64,000 bases of DNA from Mobula hypostoma (Eukaryota): assembly GCF_963921235.1 (NCBI RefSeq), contig NC_086108.1, forward strand, positions 95,668,001 to 95,732,000. The letters are read 5' to 3'. The position numbers were made by a program, and so were the translations under genes. Below, in pieces: positions 47,471 to 60,973 of this stretch; the stretch's first letter is position 1; each line of letters starts with the position of its first letter. The notes beneath the pieces are model-generated. The model was not told the DNA's origin, did not search any database, and saw only the letters and a program-made list of their open reading frames with translations.

Positions 47471-47571
47471 CTTTAAAATTTCCATCTTTAAGATTATCAT
47501 CAATACTCCAGGCATCTCTTCCCTCATTTTCCATAACCTGGGATATATCCCGCCTGGCCTGGGGACTTACC

Positions 47572-47930
47572 TAGATAGATAGATAGATATACTTTATTAA
47601 TCCCGAGGGAAATTGGGTTTCGTTACAGCCGCACCAACCAAGAATAGAGCGTAAATATAGCAATACAAAAACCACAAACAATCAAACAACAAAATGCAAA
47701 CTATGCCAGATGGAAAATAAGTCCAGGACCAGCCCGTTGGCTCAGGGTGTCTGACCCTCCACGGGAGGAGCTGCATATTCGATGGCCAAAGGCAGGAACG
47801 ACCTCCCGTGACGCCCAGTGTTGTATCTCGGTGGAATGTGGCGAAAGTCCAACAGTAGAAAGTTCAATATCCGGTCTACAAACACGTTCCTCGATCGTAA
47901 TATGACCCGGATTGCAACATCTGTTGTTAA
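47572..47930 (-). mobile_element. Non-LTR retrotransposon 3' fragment with (TAGA)n tail
   Basis: tagatagatagatagatatactttattaatcccgagggaaattggg, typical Rex1/Babar-type 3' end read antisense; acctag/acctat flanks. Confidence 0.6.
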
Positions 47931-48527
47931 CCTATTTTAATGTTTTTCCAAAGCTCTAACACTGACTTTCTTAATCTCAGCATGCTCCAGTACATTAGCC
48001 TGTTCAAAGTAAATGTTATTATACAAGTACATGTATGTCACCATAAACAACCAGAGATTCATTTTCTTGTTGACATACTCAACAAATCTATCGAATAGTA
48101 ACCATAACAGAATCAACGAACGACCACCCAACTTGCCAACTTGGGCTTTCAACCAGACTGCAGAAGCCAACAAACTCTGCAAATGCAAAAACATAAATAA
48201 ATAAGCAATAAATATCGAAAACACGAGTGAAGGGTCCTTGAAAGTGAGTCTATTGGTTCTAGGCTGACCTCACATTCGTCAGGGTCCCTCTCACAGGTGA
48301 ACACTGAAATAAATTATTCATTAAAGACCTCCCCTACCTCACTGGCACAAGACACATTTTCCCCTTTACCCCTGTGCAGTCCAACCCTCGCTCTAGTGAT
48401 TCTCCTGTTCTTCATGTACAGTACATGCAGAATGCTTTGGAACTTTAATCCTACTTGCCAAGGTCTTTATAAGAGACAAAGGGCAAGATAAAGAGATTTT
48501 ATGAAGTAATCCACAACTGTTACTCAC

Positions 48528-48600
48528 CCACTGGAGGTCGGTCTGGGGCTTTTTGTGGATGGTGTTTTTGTTGCTTTCACAACAGTTGCTGGCTTGTTAA
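48528..48600 (-). CDS. BTBD8: BTBD8/KIAA1107 small exon ((V)NKPATVVKATKTPSTKSPRPTSS-G)
   Basis: ctacag| acceptor after a pyrimidine tract, GG|gtgagt donor, 73 nt, phase 1->2; required to keep frame between flanking exons. Confidence 0.85.
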
Positions 48601-48789
48601 CTGTAGTTGTGGAGGGGAAATAAAAGAAAACAGGTTAGGTTTTAGTGCAGTTGTTTGCCATCACCTGTGCTGTAGATAAACCAGAAGAGTAGCCCACTGA
48701 AACTGAAACTGGTGTTCAGGTTTCCGAAGGTTGGAAGCATTCACATATGCACTGTACGGGAGAAGGTTACAAGGATCTCACCATCTAGG

Positions 48790-49720
48790 TCACAGAATAG
48801 TACAACACAGTACAGGCCTTTGGGCCCATGATGCTGTGCCAACCATTTAATCTACTCAAAGATCATTTTAACCCTTTTTTCCTACATAGCCGTTCATTTT
48901 TCTTTTATCCATGTCCCGATACAAGAGTTTCTTAAATGACCCTAATGTATCTGCCTCTACCGTCACCCCTGGTAGGGCATTCCATACACTCACCACTCTG
49001 AAAAAAAAACTACCTCTAACACTCACCCCTATACTTTCCTCCAATCACCTTAAACTTTTGCCCTCTTAGCTATTTCTATCATGGGAAAAAGTTTTCTAGC
49101 TATCCACTTATCTATGCCTCTTATCATCTTGTACACGTCGAACAGGTCACCTCTCATCATCATCCTTTCCAAAAAAAAAACCCTAGTTTGTTCAACCTAC
49201 CCTCATAATACACATTCTCTAATCCAGTCCTCAACCTGGTAAATCTGCTTTGCACCCTTTCCAAAGCTTCTGCATCCCTCCTACAATGAGCCGACTAGAA
49301 CTGCACACAATATTCCAAGTGTGGTCTCACCAGGGCTTTAGAGGGTTGCAACATTACCTTGTGGCTCTTGAACTCAATTCCCTGACGAATGAAGGACAAC
49401 ACTTTTTTTTTGTGGGTGGGGGGAGGTCATGTTCTAGTTGCCATTTGCACAACTTGATTTTTGAGCGTGGTGCGGGGGGGCTGATTATCTTGCTGTTTTA
49501 TGGTTTTGTGCGTGGGGGGGGTTGATATTTTTGTTTGATCAGCTTCCATGGTTGTCTCTGATTCGTGGCTGTTTGGAGAAGATGAATCTTAGAGTTGTAT
49601 ACTGCATACGCACTTTGATAATAAATATAGCTTGAATCTTGAACCATACACCTTCTTAACCATCCTATCAACTTGTGCAGCAAATTTGGGGGATTTATAG
49701 ACCTGGATTCCATAAATTCC
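48790..49720 (-). mobile_element. CR1 LINE 3' fragment with a nested short insertion
   Basis: LELHTIFQVWSHQG antisense signature; CR1 3'UTR. Confidence 0.75.
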
Positions 49721-50242
49721 TTTGAGGGATCTACAGATATCATGAATTGCATCCCGGGAGGTTGCAAATGTTTTAAAGTGCGACATATCAATTGCTTTGA
49801 TTTGTAAAGTCCTTGAAAATGGATCTGAAATGCACTTGGAATTCTTACTGGAAATCTGGTTGAAATCGCAATTCTCATTTACACAATAGCACAAGAGATC
49901 CTGCAGGTACTAGAAATCCAGAACAACACACACAACATGCTACAGGAACTCAGCAGGTCAGGCAGCATCTATGAGGAGTAAACAGTCGGCATTTCAAGAC
50001 AAGATCCTTCATCAGGACCAGCTACCTGACACTAAGCTATCTGAATATTGGATTCAATATAGCACAAGAAATACTTAATGGGGCAAGGGTCTCTGGGGAA
50101 TTGGGGGTGGTGAGGTGGGAGGAGAGAAAGAGAAACAAAAAAAAGTAGAAAACAAACATGCTGCTTGTTCTTTTTATGCTGTATATTTGAGAGGATAGGG
50201 GAATATCTGGCAAGGCCAACATTTACTGGTTATCCCTGATAG

Positions 50243-50481
50243 AATGGTCCCTAGCCCAGCTGTGAAAGGATGGGGGTTGGGCCAGAGGCCAGCAACTCCA
50301 TCCCATAAAAACCCAAAGCTACAGAAACGCCAACAGAAGCTCCAAAGACCTCAGCCCTGGGAGAGAAAGGATTTAAGATGATGGGTTACACCTACGGACA
50401 ATTTGGCCCTGGACAGAGGAGTCTGAGCTGGTTGTTGTCGGCAGTCTGTGCCCCAATAGGGGTGATGGGCATAAATAAGTA
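50243..50481 (+). mobile_element. Short RTE-related non-autonomous element
   Basis: gggttgggccagaggccagcaactccatcccataaaaa (RTE 5'UTR-like) joined to gtcggcagtctgtgccccaataggggtgatgggcataaataagta (RTE 3'-like tail); ctgatag duplicated at the flanks. Confidence 0.5.
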
Positions 50482-50689
50482 CTGATAGCATGTCAGGCTA
50501 GAGGAGCAGGGTTACGTTGGTCCCCCCGTGCTGCTTGGTGCTGGAAGTCATCAGTTTGTGCGGTGTAACATTGTCTGCAGTCAAGGTCATGGCAGCTGCG
50601 GTACAGCTCATAACTAAAGACAATCTCTCCACCTTACTAAAGCACATCAGCAGGCTCATGGGAGGACAATAAACATTGAAAGCACTAAC

Positions 50690-51058
50690 ATTCAGAGTCA
50701 CAGCACACTACAGCACAGAAAGAGACCCTTCAGCCCATCTAGTCCATACCAAACTATTATTTTGCCTAATCCTATCCCGGAGCATAGTCCTCCATATCCC
50801 TCCAATCCATGTATTTGTCCAAACTTCTCTTCCACTGGCAGCTCATTCCACACTCTCACCACGCTCCTAGTGAAGAAGTTGCTCACGTTCCCCTTAAATA
50901 TTTCACCTTTCACCCTTAACCCATGACCTGTAGTTCTAATCTTCCCCAACCTCAGTGGAAAAAGCCTGTTTGCATTTACCGTCTATACCCTTCATAATTC
51001 TGTGTATCTCTATCAAATCTCCCTTCATTCTCCTACGCTCCAGGAAATAAAGTCCTAA
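50690..51058 (-). mobile_element. CR1 LINE 3' end abutting a BTBD8 exon donor
   Basis: GKIRTTGHGLRVKGEIFKGN..FFTRSVVRVWNELP. Confidence 0.8.
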
Positions 51059-51080
51059 TTCAATTGCAGAAGTAACAAAC

Positions 51081-51816
51081 CTGCAGAGTAAACCTTCTGG
51101 TTCGCAGGGCTCTTTGCAGACTCCTGTGCAACATTTTCAACAGGATTGCTGACAGTTGCAATTTTCTTCCCACCACTGTTCACTCCATTTGTTACATGGT
51201 TCTCCTCTAGCTCACCGGACTGCTTGATTGTCTCCACAGGGGAGACCTTGCTCAAACATTCCAGCTTGTCGGAATGGCACCTATTCCCATTTTTCTCTGC
51301 CTGATGAGTGGTTTTCTTGAGTGGTTTTCCTGACTTCAGTTGGACTCCAGACGGAGTATTAGGAGCTACTTTTGGTCGGGCTCCCGTATTTGATTTTCCA
51401 TCATGACCACTGGTTTCTTTGCTCCCCACTGCAGGAACTGCTTGACTAGCGAAACTTGCAGAAGGTTCTTTCACTTTACTAACAGCACTCACACCGTTTG
51501 TCTTGGCCTCCAGTCTGGTCTTGGCAGGTGTATTTGTCTTTGTTGAGCTGTTCTTCTCATTGCCTTTCCCAATTTTTGGCATTTTCTCACTCAGCTTTTT
51601 AACGTTCTTTTCCTTTCCTTCCTCTTTCCTCGAAACGCTGGCATAGTTTCGCCCGTTGGATTTCGGCACCGATGCTCCCAATCCCTCAGATTTCATCTTG
51701 GAACTGCTGGACACACGGCCTTGGGACACACTTACACCTGACCGCAGCTTCCCCCTTCTGCAGACCTGTTCTTCTGTGTCAGGTGTGGCAGGATTGAGCA
51801 GGTGATTTTCTTTTGG
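51081..51816 (-). CDS. BTBD8: BTBD8/KIAA1107 exon (PKENHLL..KMKSEGLGAS..GARPKV..KPLKKT..QKVYSA)
   Basis: ctcacag| acceptor, G|gtttgt donor, 736 nt, phase 0->1; matches human KMKSDGLGASG, GARPKV, KPLKKAT. Confidence 0.92.
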
Positions 51817-52009
51817 CTGTGAGCAAGGTTAATGCACATACTTAATTAATAACAAGTTACTTGAGCACTACTAAATTAATCCTGGATTAATTTGCCATTT
51901 TGAAGTTTATAACTGATATGTTAAATTAGGTATAGTTCTAGAATTGCATTCTCAAGTACACACATATGGAAAATATTAAAACACATCATGAAGTTGACAT
52001 AATCCTTAC

Positions 52010-52071
52010 CTGGAAACTGGTCAAGGTTGGTCTTTTGGCAAGTTTTCTATCATCACCTTTGTCCAGAGCAG
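52010..52071 (-). CDS. BTBD8: BTBD8/KIAA1107 exon ((A)ALDKGDDRKLAKRPTLTSFQ)
   Basis: ttttcag| acceptor, CAG|gtaagg donor, 62 nt; matches [20 protein letters not shown]. Confidence 0.95.
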
Positions 52072-53084
52072 CTGAAAATATGAAACATATAAAAAAACTC
52101 TTAAAAAGCAGAGGTCCCTCGAGCCTGCTCTGGCATTTAATTAAGTTCACACTTAACCATGCACTTCATTTTCCCAGCTGGTCTCCACATCTCTATTACT
52201 GAACTATCCAAAAATCTCTCGACATAGCTCCTGACTGAGTCTCTCGGGTAGAAAATTCCAAAGATTTACAATCCCCAGAGAAATTTCTCTTCGTCTCAGT
52301 CCATTTGTTAGTTCCATTCTCAAAATGCCAGCAAAATCCATTCCTTTGTCATAAAACTTGGCCAGACTAACATAATAGTGGAAAAGATTCAATAGGCTGA
52401 ATGTATTAGATCAAAGAATTAAATGTTTAAAATGACAACTATTTAAGAAAAAAAACACAAGAAACAGAACAAAGACAAGTTTTATACAGTTCAAATCTAA
52501 TACTTTCTGGAATTTAGCGAAAAGGCCAGAATGTTATCCTCTTGTGTTACATAGGTTGGCAGAGGCCTGAAAGGCTGGATTTTCTACGCTGTATATAAAT
52601 ACTTTGACAGACAGTGAAAATGCAGTTAAAAGGTTACACGAGGCTTTGGAAATGCACAGGAAATCTTTTGATATTTACATTTGATGATGGCTGCACCAGC
52701 TGAGGGAGAAATGAAGGAGCTTCAGTTTCCATTCACTCAGCTGGACCTCTCTGAAGACAGAGACAGCAACACAATTCATCCACCATATAATCTTGGGAGT
52801 CTTTTGGTCTGGGCTGCCTACTTACTGAGAACAATAGTCAAAGTAAAATTTATCATCAAGGTACATATATGTTACCATACTCTACCTTGAGATTCATTTA
52901 TTCATAACCTGGCAATCAACCTGAATTTGGCAGTAGTATTAAAACAATGTAAATGCAGCAGTTTGAGTTACAACAGGTAGTTCAAAATGCCCAATTGCAT
53001 TACCGGCACCAGCTGTATCAAAGTAATCAGGTTTATCGTACTCCCTTTCTCCTCCCACAGATCAGCAAATTCGTTCCTGTCAGA

Positions 53085-53680
53085 TACTTACCTAACCTGA
53101 TGGAGAGGATGTTTCGTATAGTGGGCGAGTCTAGGACCAGAGGGCCTCAGAATAGGGGGATGTTCCTTTAGACCACAGATGAGAAGGAAATTCTTTAGCC
53201 AGAGGATGATGAATCTGTGGAATTCATCAACACAGACTGCTGTGGAGGCCGAGTCATTGGGTATATTTAAAGGTTTCAAAGGTACATTTAATGTCAGAGA
53301 AATGTATACAATATACATCCTGAAATTTTTTTTCTTCACAAACTTCCACGAAAACAGAGGGGTGCCCCAAAGAATGAATGACAGCTAAATGTTAGAACCC
53401 CAAAGCAACCCCCCCAGTTCTCCCCTCCCATGAACAAGCAGCAGCAAGGCAACGACCTTCCCACTCCCCCACCAGCAAAAAAGCATCGGCGCCCCCCCCC
53501 CCACCAAACATTCAAGCGTGCAGCAATGCATCATTAGGTTCTTGATTAGTAAGGGTGTCAAATGCTACAGGGAGAAGGCAGGAGAATGGGGTTGAGGGGG
53601 ATAATAAATCAGCCATGATGGAATGGGCAGAGAAGACTCGATGGGCTGAATGGCCTAATTCTACTCTTATGTTTTATGGC
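53085..53680 (+). mobile_element. CR1 LINE 3' end with a nested ~260-bp insertion (53270-53535)
   Basis: GESRTRG..MRRKFFSQRMMNLWNS; CR1 3'UTR resumes at ~53536. Confidence 0.75.
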
Positions 53681-53946
53681 CCATTCTGAATGCAACAATT
53701 GTATTCATCTTCACTGCTGCCCCTACCAGACCCTAAGCATCAAATGTGTACTTTTCTTCCCCTCCCCTCAGGAAACCAATGAAAGTTTCAGTTCCTATTT
53801 TTTCAACACTAAGAAGTGTCCATTGACATCAAAATCGCCTGGTCAACACTGCACCAAGATGCTAAAGGTCAGTTTTCTGTGAATATCCATAAAGACATTA
53901 CAAGGCCAAAATTAATGCAAATCAGAGAGAATTGTCAAATAAGCTT

Positions 53947-54515
53947 ATCTGGTCTTTTTGCTGCTGTAGCCCATCCACTTCAATTCAACGTGTTGTACAT
54001 CCAGAGATGCTCCTCTGAACACCACCGTTGTAGCTCAAGTACTGTTACTGTTGCCTTCCTGTCAGCTCGAATCAGCCTGGCCCTTCTGCACTGACAATTC
54101 TCATTAACAAGGCGTTTTCGCTCACAGAACTGCCACTCACTGGATGTTTTTTGTTTTTCACACCATTCTCTGCAAACTCTAGAGCAGGGGTTTCAAACCT
54201 GGGGTCCATTAACTCCTCAGTTAACAAAAAGGGTCCATGGCATAAATAAGGTGAGAACTCCCGCTTTAGAGACTGCTGTGTGTGGAAAAACCCAGGAGAC
54301 CAGCAGTTTCTGAGAGACTCAACCCACTCTGCCTGACACTAACAATCATTCCACAGTCAGTCACTTAGATCATATTTCTTCCACATCCTGATGTTTGGTC
54401 AGAACAACTGAAATCTCTTGACCATGGTTGCATGCTTTTATGCATTGAGTTTCTGCCAGATGAACGGCTGATTAGGTATTTGCATTGATAAGGTGTACAG
54501 GTGTAGCTAATAAAG
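53947..54515 (-). mobile_element. Tc1-derived MITE (same family as 26950-29770), with a nested hAT MITE
   Basis: Reverse complement of the 26950-27095 + 29372-29710 sequence, contiguous across the site where the other copy is interrupted. Confidence 0.8.
54185..54263. mobile_element. 79-bp hAT MITE (same family as 43661-43739)
   Basis: TSD CTCTAGAG / CTTTAGAG; TIR caggggtttcaaacc. Confidence 0.8.
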
Positions 54516-54574
54516 TGCATTTTCCAGCATTGTCCCCAAGCCTCTTGATTCCTCCATTATCCAGAAATCTATGA

Positions 54575-54900
54575 TAGAAATTAGCTTTATTTGTCAGGTG
54601 CACACCAAAACATACGGTGGAATGCGCTGTTTGCCTCAAATCAAATCAATGAGGGTTGTCTGGACAGCAGGCAACTGTCGCCATGCTTCCCGCACCAACA
54701 TAGCACACCCACAGCTCACGAAACTTAACCATAGGTCTTTAAAGTGTGGGAGGAAACCAGAGCACCTGGAGGAAAGCTAACATGGTCACGGGGAGAATGT
54801 ACAAAAAAAAACAACTTATGCACAGCAGTGAGAACTGAACCCTGATCTTTCACCGGGCACCGTAACAGCATTAGCTAACCACTACACTACCGTACTGCCC
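54575..54900 (-). mobile_element. V-SINE-type element
   Basis: Antisense V-domain gtgggaggaaaccagagcacctggaggaa..ggtcacggggagaatgtacaaa. Confidence 0.7.
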
Positions 54901-54904
54901 TGTG

Positions 54905-56160
54905 AAAGGAGCTAACTCGGCTTCCACTGCCCTCCAGAGTAAAGAATTCAAAAGTTTCACTGCCCTGTGGGTGAAGAAGACAAGTCCTTAATCTCAAACT
55001 GTACCCCTGGCTCTTGGCTCCTCAGCCAGGAAATAGTCTCGTTATTTAGTCTGCTAAGTCTCGTTATTTACTCTTAAATTCTGTATACTTTGACAAAATC
55101 TCATTTCATCCTTCTAAACTCCAAAGGTCCAGTCCCAGTCTACTTAATCCCTCCCATGATAAACTTAACAGTCTTGTAAACTTTCATGCACTATGTGAGA
55201 AGTACAATTTTTATAGAGTCATAAAACACTACAACACAGAAACAGGCCCTTTGGCCCACCTAGTCCATGCCGAGCTATTATTCTGCTGAGTCTCACCAAC
55301 CTGCACCCGGACCCGTAGCCCAACATTGCTCCCTTCCATGTACTTATCCAAACTTCTCCTAAAAGTTGAAATCAAAACCGCATCCACCACTTCTGCACCG
55401 AGCACTCTCAACACCACTAGTGAAGAAGTTCGTCTTCCTCTTAAACATTTCACCTTTCACCCCTAACCCATGACCTTTAGTTCTAATCTCACCCAAAATT
55501 AGTGGGAAAAGCCTGCTTGCATTTACCCCATCTATAACTCTCAAAATTTTGTATACCTCTTTCATAACCTTTTCCCTGTAACTCAGGTCAAGTCCTGGCA
55601 ACATCCTTGTAAATTTTCTCTGTACTCTTCGAATCTTGATAAATCTCTTGAGTAAAGAAACTGAAATTGTACATGATGCTCCAAGTGTATGGCCTCTCTA
55701 ATGCTATACACAATGCATTAACACTTCTTTACACCTCTAATCAAATGCTATCATAATACAAGTCATCATAATATATGTCCTCATAATTTGCTTGCTGCAA
55801 CACACACAAAAGTTTGGAGAACTTGGCCCAAAACAGTGACTCCTCATTTCCCTCCACAGATGCTGCCCAACCTGCTGAGTTCCTCCACCATTTTTTGTGT
55901 GTTGTTTAAGATTTCCAGCATCTGCAGGCTCTCATGCCTATAATCTGCTTGCTATACTTGCATTTTGGCTTTCAGTGAGTTAAGTACAAACACAGCTAGG
56001 TCCCTTTGTGCATCAACATGACCCAATCTCTCTGAGTTGAACCAATGCTCCTTCTTTCATGTTTTATGCATTAAAGTAGACAACCACACATTTTTCCTGA
56101 TTATGGTCTATCTGTCTGTTCTCATCCACTCAGTTTGTTCATGTCCTCTTGAAGCCTCTT
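54905..56160 (-). mobile_element. Nested CR1 3' fragments plus a fold-back pLTR (~55797-55935)
   Basis: EVYKILRVIDGVNASRLFP..RTKGHGLGVKG; pLTR arms. Confidence 0.65.
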
Positions 56161-56371
56161 TAAAAAGATCTGTTAAGATCTTCATACCCATTCTTCTGTT
56201 GTGAATAAGGGGTCTAAGCTTGCTGTAGACAAAGAACAGGAATAAACAGCAATAGTTCTAGAATCTACAGAGCATCCACCAGCTCTTCTCTTTCAAGAGA
56301 ATGGGAGACAGATCATCAGATCTTTTGTATTTTACAAATGAGGTCGTTAGTTAATCTGCTTGTGCAGATTA

Positions 56372-57030
56372 ACATGGTAGTGTAGCAGTTAGTGTAATGC
56401 TTTATAACACCAGAAATCAGGTTTCAATTCCCACTGTCTGTAATGAGTTTGCACACTCTTCCCGTAACCGCGTGGATGTCCTCTGGTTTCCACCCATGTT
56501 GTAAAGACATGCGGGTTAGTAAGTTGTGGGCATGCTATGTTGGCACTGGAAGCATGCAACATTTGCAGGCTGCCCCCAGCACATCCTTGGACTGAGTTGG
56601 TTGTTGATGCAAATGGCACATTTCACTGTATGTTTTGATGTACAAGTGACAAATAAAGCAAATCTACCTCCAACCTGATGGCATGAATATAGATTTCTCC
56701 TTCTGGTAAACAAATTCTCTACTCACCCCCCCCTCCAACCATTCCCCTGCCTATTACTTCCCCCGGGTCCCCTCCTCCTTCCCTCTCTCCCATGGTCCAC
56801 TCTCCTCTCCAATCAGATTCCTTCTTCTCCAGCTGTGGACCTTTTCCAGCCACTCTTCACCTATCACCTTCCAGCTCATCATCTTTCCCTTCCCCTCACC
56901 TTTTTATTCTAACATGCTTCCCCTTCCTTCTCAGTTCTGAGGAAGGGTCTCAGCCCAAAATCTCGACTGTATTCACTTCCACGGATGCTGCCTGACCTGC
57001 TGAGATTCTCCAGCATTTTTTGTGTGTTGC
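56372..57030 (+). mobile_element. V-SINE (56372-56665) followed by a PLE 3' end/pLTR (56665-57030)
   Basis: SINE head and V-domain; ctccaacctgatggcatgaat..cagttctgaggaagggtctcagcccaaaatctcgactg. Confidence 0.75.
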
Positions 57031-57599
57031 TAATTTAATTTTTATAGTTTTCTTTCCTTCATTTTCAAGGATTTCGGGATTCCAGGATTTCAAAGAGAGT
57101 CACTGATTCTAAATGTGCTGTTTGCCCCCAATGCATTGAGAAAGGTTTTACCTGACTGGAAAAGTAAATTGTGCTGCAGATGACTCCTGCATGACAAGCA
57201 ATATTTCTCTTCAGGGACAGTCTAACTCACTGTTTAGATCATGCAAGGAAACGCAAGCACAACCATTAACTGTAGGAAATTAGTGCTTTCAACTGCTTTC
57301 CTTCTATTTGAGTACAGATTTCACACACTGAATGAATCACCCTTAATAGTGAAACCTTGGTTGCCTGAGCAGTGTCTTGCTTCAGACAGCAGGCGACAGA
57401 ACTGAATACACAATGCCGATCAGACACAGCATGCACGTTCTCTGCCTCATCACAGTTTCACCGTAGCTTGAAACACAGAATCACAAGGCTGGCTGCCATT
57501 CTGAAACTCAAACAGAAGAGAAAACCTTTCTTAAAAATAAAGTCCAAACAGAGAAGCTGCTCTCACTGGAGACGGCCATTCAGCAGATCAGTCAACATC

Positions 57600-58088
57600 T
57601 ATGGATCGTAAGACACAGGAGCAGAGTTAGGCCATTTGGCCCATCAAATCTGCTCTATTCAATTATTATTATCCCTTGTAATCCCATTCTTCTGCCTTCT
57701 CCCCAGACCCTTGATACCCTTACTAATCCAGAAGCTATCAACCTCTTGATTAAATATATCCAATGACTTCGCCTCCACAGCCGTCTGTGGCACAATGAAT
57801 TCCACAGATCTACCACCCTCTGGCTAAAGAAATTCTTCCTCATCTCCATTCTAAAGGGATGCCCTTGTATTGAGGCTGCGCTCTCTGGTCCTAGACTTCC
57901 CCACGAGAGGAATCATCCTCTCCACATCCACTCTACTGAGGCCCTTAAATATTCGATAGGAATAAACAGCTGATGCTTCAGGCCAAGACCTTTCATCAGG
58001 ACTGATGTAGGGTCTCAGCCTGAAACAACAACTGCTTATTCCTCTTCATAGATGCTGCCTGACCTGTTGAGTTCCTCCAGCATTCTGT
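57600..58088. mobile_element. CR1 3' end (57600-57958, minus) followed by a fold-back pLTR (57958-58088)
   Basis: EMRKNFFSQRVVDLWNSL; palindrome centred on catcaggactgatg. Confidence 0.75.
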
Positions 58089-58589
58089 GATACTCCTATG
58101 TTACGATGACTGTAATTATGAATTCCAAGGGGCTGCCACCCCTTCCTCACTGGCTTGTAAATCCAGCTCCCCTGCTGGGAATATTGGAGTAGACATTAAA
58201 CCAAATCCATTATACAATTATCCAGTAAAGAAACTGGCTCTTTGGCCCTTCACTGTTATGCTAAACTTTTGCCTCTATTAGGAATATAGCCTTCTATGCC
58301 TTGCCTATTTAAGTGCTTGTCTAAATAACATTTAAATATAGTAATTACATCTAATTCCATCACCTCTAAAAGCACAGTTCACATATCAACTACTCTGCAT
58401 TTAAAAATAAATACCTGTCAGAACCCAGCTGAAATTACTTCCTTCCATCTTAAACCTGGGCCCTCTTGTTTTAATATCCCTACCATGGGGAAAGAAAACT
58501 TTATTGAGAGGCACAGAGAGAGTGGACAATCATAGTCTTATGTACTTCTATCAGGTCACCCTTCCTTTGCTGCAGGGAGAATAAATGGT

Positions 58590-58825
58590 TGCCTTGGTAG
58601 TGTAATGCTATTGCAACACTAGCGACCCAGATTCTATTCCGCTGTTGTCTGTATGGAGTTTGTACATTCTCCGTGTTAACATGTGGGTTTCCTCTGGGAG
58701 TTGCAGTTTCCTCCCAAATTCCAGAGATACACAGGATACTAAGTTAACTGGTCACTTGGATGTAATTGGGCGGCTCAGGCTTGCTGGGCCATAAGGGCCT
58801 GTTACTGTGCTGCATCTCTAAATGA
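58590..58825 (+). mobile_element. V-SINE-type element
   Basis: ggagtttgtacattctccgtgttaacatgtgggtttcctctgggagttgcagtttcctccca V-domain. Confidence 0.7.
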
Positions 58826-59489
58826 AATAAATCAAAATGAAAAAAAAAGCAGTAGTGATGCCAACAAACATCTTCGGACATCCCACTCAATATTTTATTC
58901 AGTGCAATCTTATCAACATGATTAGTTTACTACTCTGAACATTCTGGCCATCTGTCACCAGCAAGGTGACTCAAGGCACATTGAATCAAAGTGCTATTCT
59001 AATGTTTCCCAAACAATTGGCACCAAGGAGGACTAAGGCAGCAGGTACATGCTTCAAGCACGATCATCACTGTTTTTCTTGTCTTTTATAAGTTTCCCTC
59101 AATATTTACTGGAGATAGGAAGTGATTTTATTGTAATGCACATAATACTCTTGTATCTATACATTATTTATAAAGTTCTGTCAGTTGATCCCTTTCATAA
59201 CTTTGGCATGAACATTTCATATTCTCTGTACAGTGCAGAGGTAAAAGCTGACAGCAATAAGAGAAAGCAACGTAAAGACTAAATTGGAAGGAGAGCCCAA
59301 GAAAGTCATTCCACTATATTTTGCATAATACTTTGAAGAATCGACTGTGGTGAAAACATATATAAAAATCTATTAAAATTAAATAATTGAAGATTAGTGT
59401 TGAAACTTGTTTTTTGTTGACTCTAGCTTCATGGTTCTTGATGTAATCTGAACAGCTATTTCACTGACTTGAAAGCAGCGTCAGACAGT

Positions 59490-59668
59490 AAACAAGAGAA
59501 AATATGCAGATACTGGAAATCAACATGCACAAAATGCTGAAGGAACTCAGCAGGTCAGGAAGCATCAATGGAAAAAAGTGAACAGTTGATGTTTTGGGCC
59601 AAGATGCCTCATCAGGCCTGATGAAGGGTTTCAGCCCGAAATGTCAGCTGTTTATTCTTTTCTTTAGA
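59490..59668. mobile_element. Fold-back PLE pLTR element
   Basis: Palindrome centred on tcatcaggcctgatga; + arm CTGATGA-AGGG(tttcag)CCC-GAAA-TG-TC. Confidence 0.8.
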
Positions 59669-59974
59669 CATAAAGCACCAGGTGTCTTGACTAGTCTATT
59701 ATAACAACGAGAAAGGTAAATACCAGATTAACAAAACAAATCAATTTGTTAAAACAGATGATATGAAAGGGATCAACTGACAGATTTACGAAAAATGCTT
59801 AGGAACGCTGTTTCATTTAGCTGCATACATGTGTACGGATGAATGACAATAAACTTGAACTTGAATTACCTTGTTTGCCCCAGAAATAACTGCACTTCCT
59901 TCACTACAGTAGAACAAAGGAAGACCAAAGCGAAAGATTAACTGACTTACTACAACAGTGAAGTGCCCTTAAAT

Positions 59975-60585
59975 GATTTTAATTCTCCTCTCCATTGCTA
60001 CACTGGCATTCCTGTACTCAGCCTCCTCTACAGCCAAGGTAAGGCCAAACACAAACTCATGGAACAGCACCTTGTTGGTATTCCAGTTTGGTAGTCTACA
60101 ACCTGACGACATGAATGTTTGAATTCTCCAACTTCTGATAACTGCTCTACCTCTGCCTCCTTTACCTCCCGTCTCTATCTACACAGCCCCCATCACCCTG
60201 TTTCTTGCTCCTCCTCCACTCATTCCATCTGCCCATCACCCACACACTCCTCCCACTGGTTCTGCTGTCCACTACTACCCTCTGTCCTCCCCACATCCCA
60301 TATTCCAACTACCTCTCCTATCACACTCCAATCACCTTTCTCATTTCTACTGCTCACCTCCCAGCTTCTGGCACTACTTCCACTCTCTCCTCAGCTGGGT
60401 CTTGCTCCACTCCTTCCCCCTAACTTTTTACATGGCTATTTCCCCTTTCTTTCACTGCAGATGAAGGGTCTCAACCTGAAAGACCAACTGCCCATTTTGC
60501 TCCGCTGATGCTGCCTGACTTGCTGAGTTACACCAACTTTCAGTGTGTTGCTCCAGATCACAGCAAATGTAGTCACTTGTGCCTC
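59975..60585 (+). mobile_element. Older PLE 3' end (endonuclease C-terminus + pLTR)
   Basis: ttttaattctcc..cagcctcctctacagcc..ggaacagcacc..tctacaacctgacgacatgaat; cagatgaagggtctcaacctgaaa. Confidence 0.7.
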
Positions 60586-60973
60586 CTTGCTTGGAGCACC
60601 AACTTTTATTCCATGCTGTGAGCTTGGTTTCTCTTGAAGACTTAATTACTCAACAATGTATTTCTTGGAGGAAAAAGTTTTATGTTTACAACTAGAAGTG
60701 ATGAGTGAAGTAAAATAACTATGGGGAGAAGGCAGGAGAATGGGGTTGAGAGGGATAATAGATCAGCCATGATGGAATGGCAGAGCAGATCAAAATGGGC
60801 CAAGTGGCATAAATCTGCACCAATGTCTTATAGTCTGACTGTGATCTGGACAAGCTGCTGCCCATTTATCACTTTCTGTTAAGATGGCAGCATGCTCTGA
60901 TGCAGCGACCTCTCTGGGTCCCACCAAAGGTGTCATTAATCTTTCCTACCAAATACAATAAGCATATATAACA

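Noticed and set aside
50498..50650. Extra BTBD8 exon
   Set aside because: The best AG/GT pair gives phase 1->0, incompatible with the phase-1 junction; no recalled homology
51093..51093. Alternative donor AAG|gtttac for the 736-nt BTBD8 exon
   Set aside because: Phase 0 would frameshift the next exon; the donor at 51081 keeps frame
57372..57520. Possible alternative BTBD8 exon or regulatory segment
   Set aside because: An acceptor-like site is present, but no convincing donor, frame or homology
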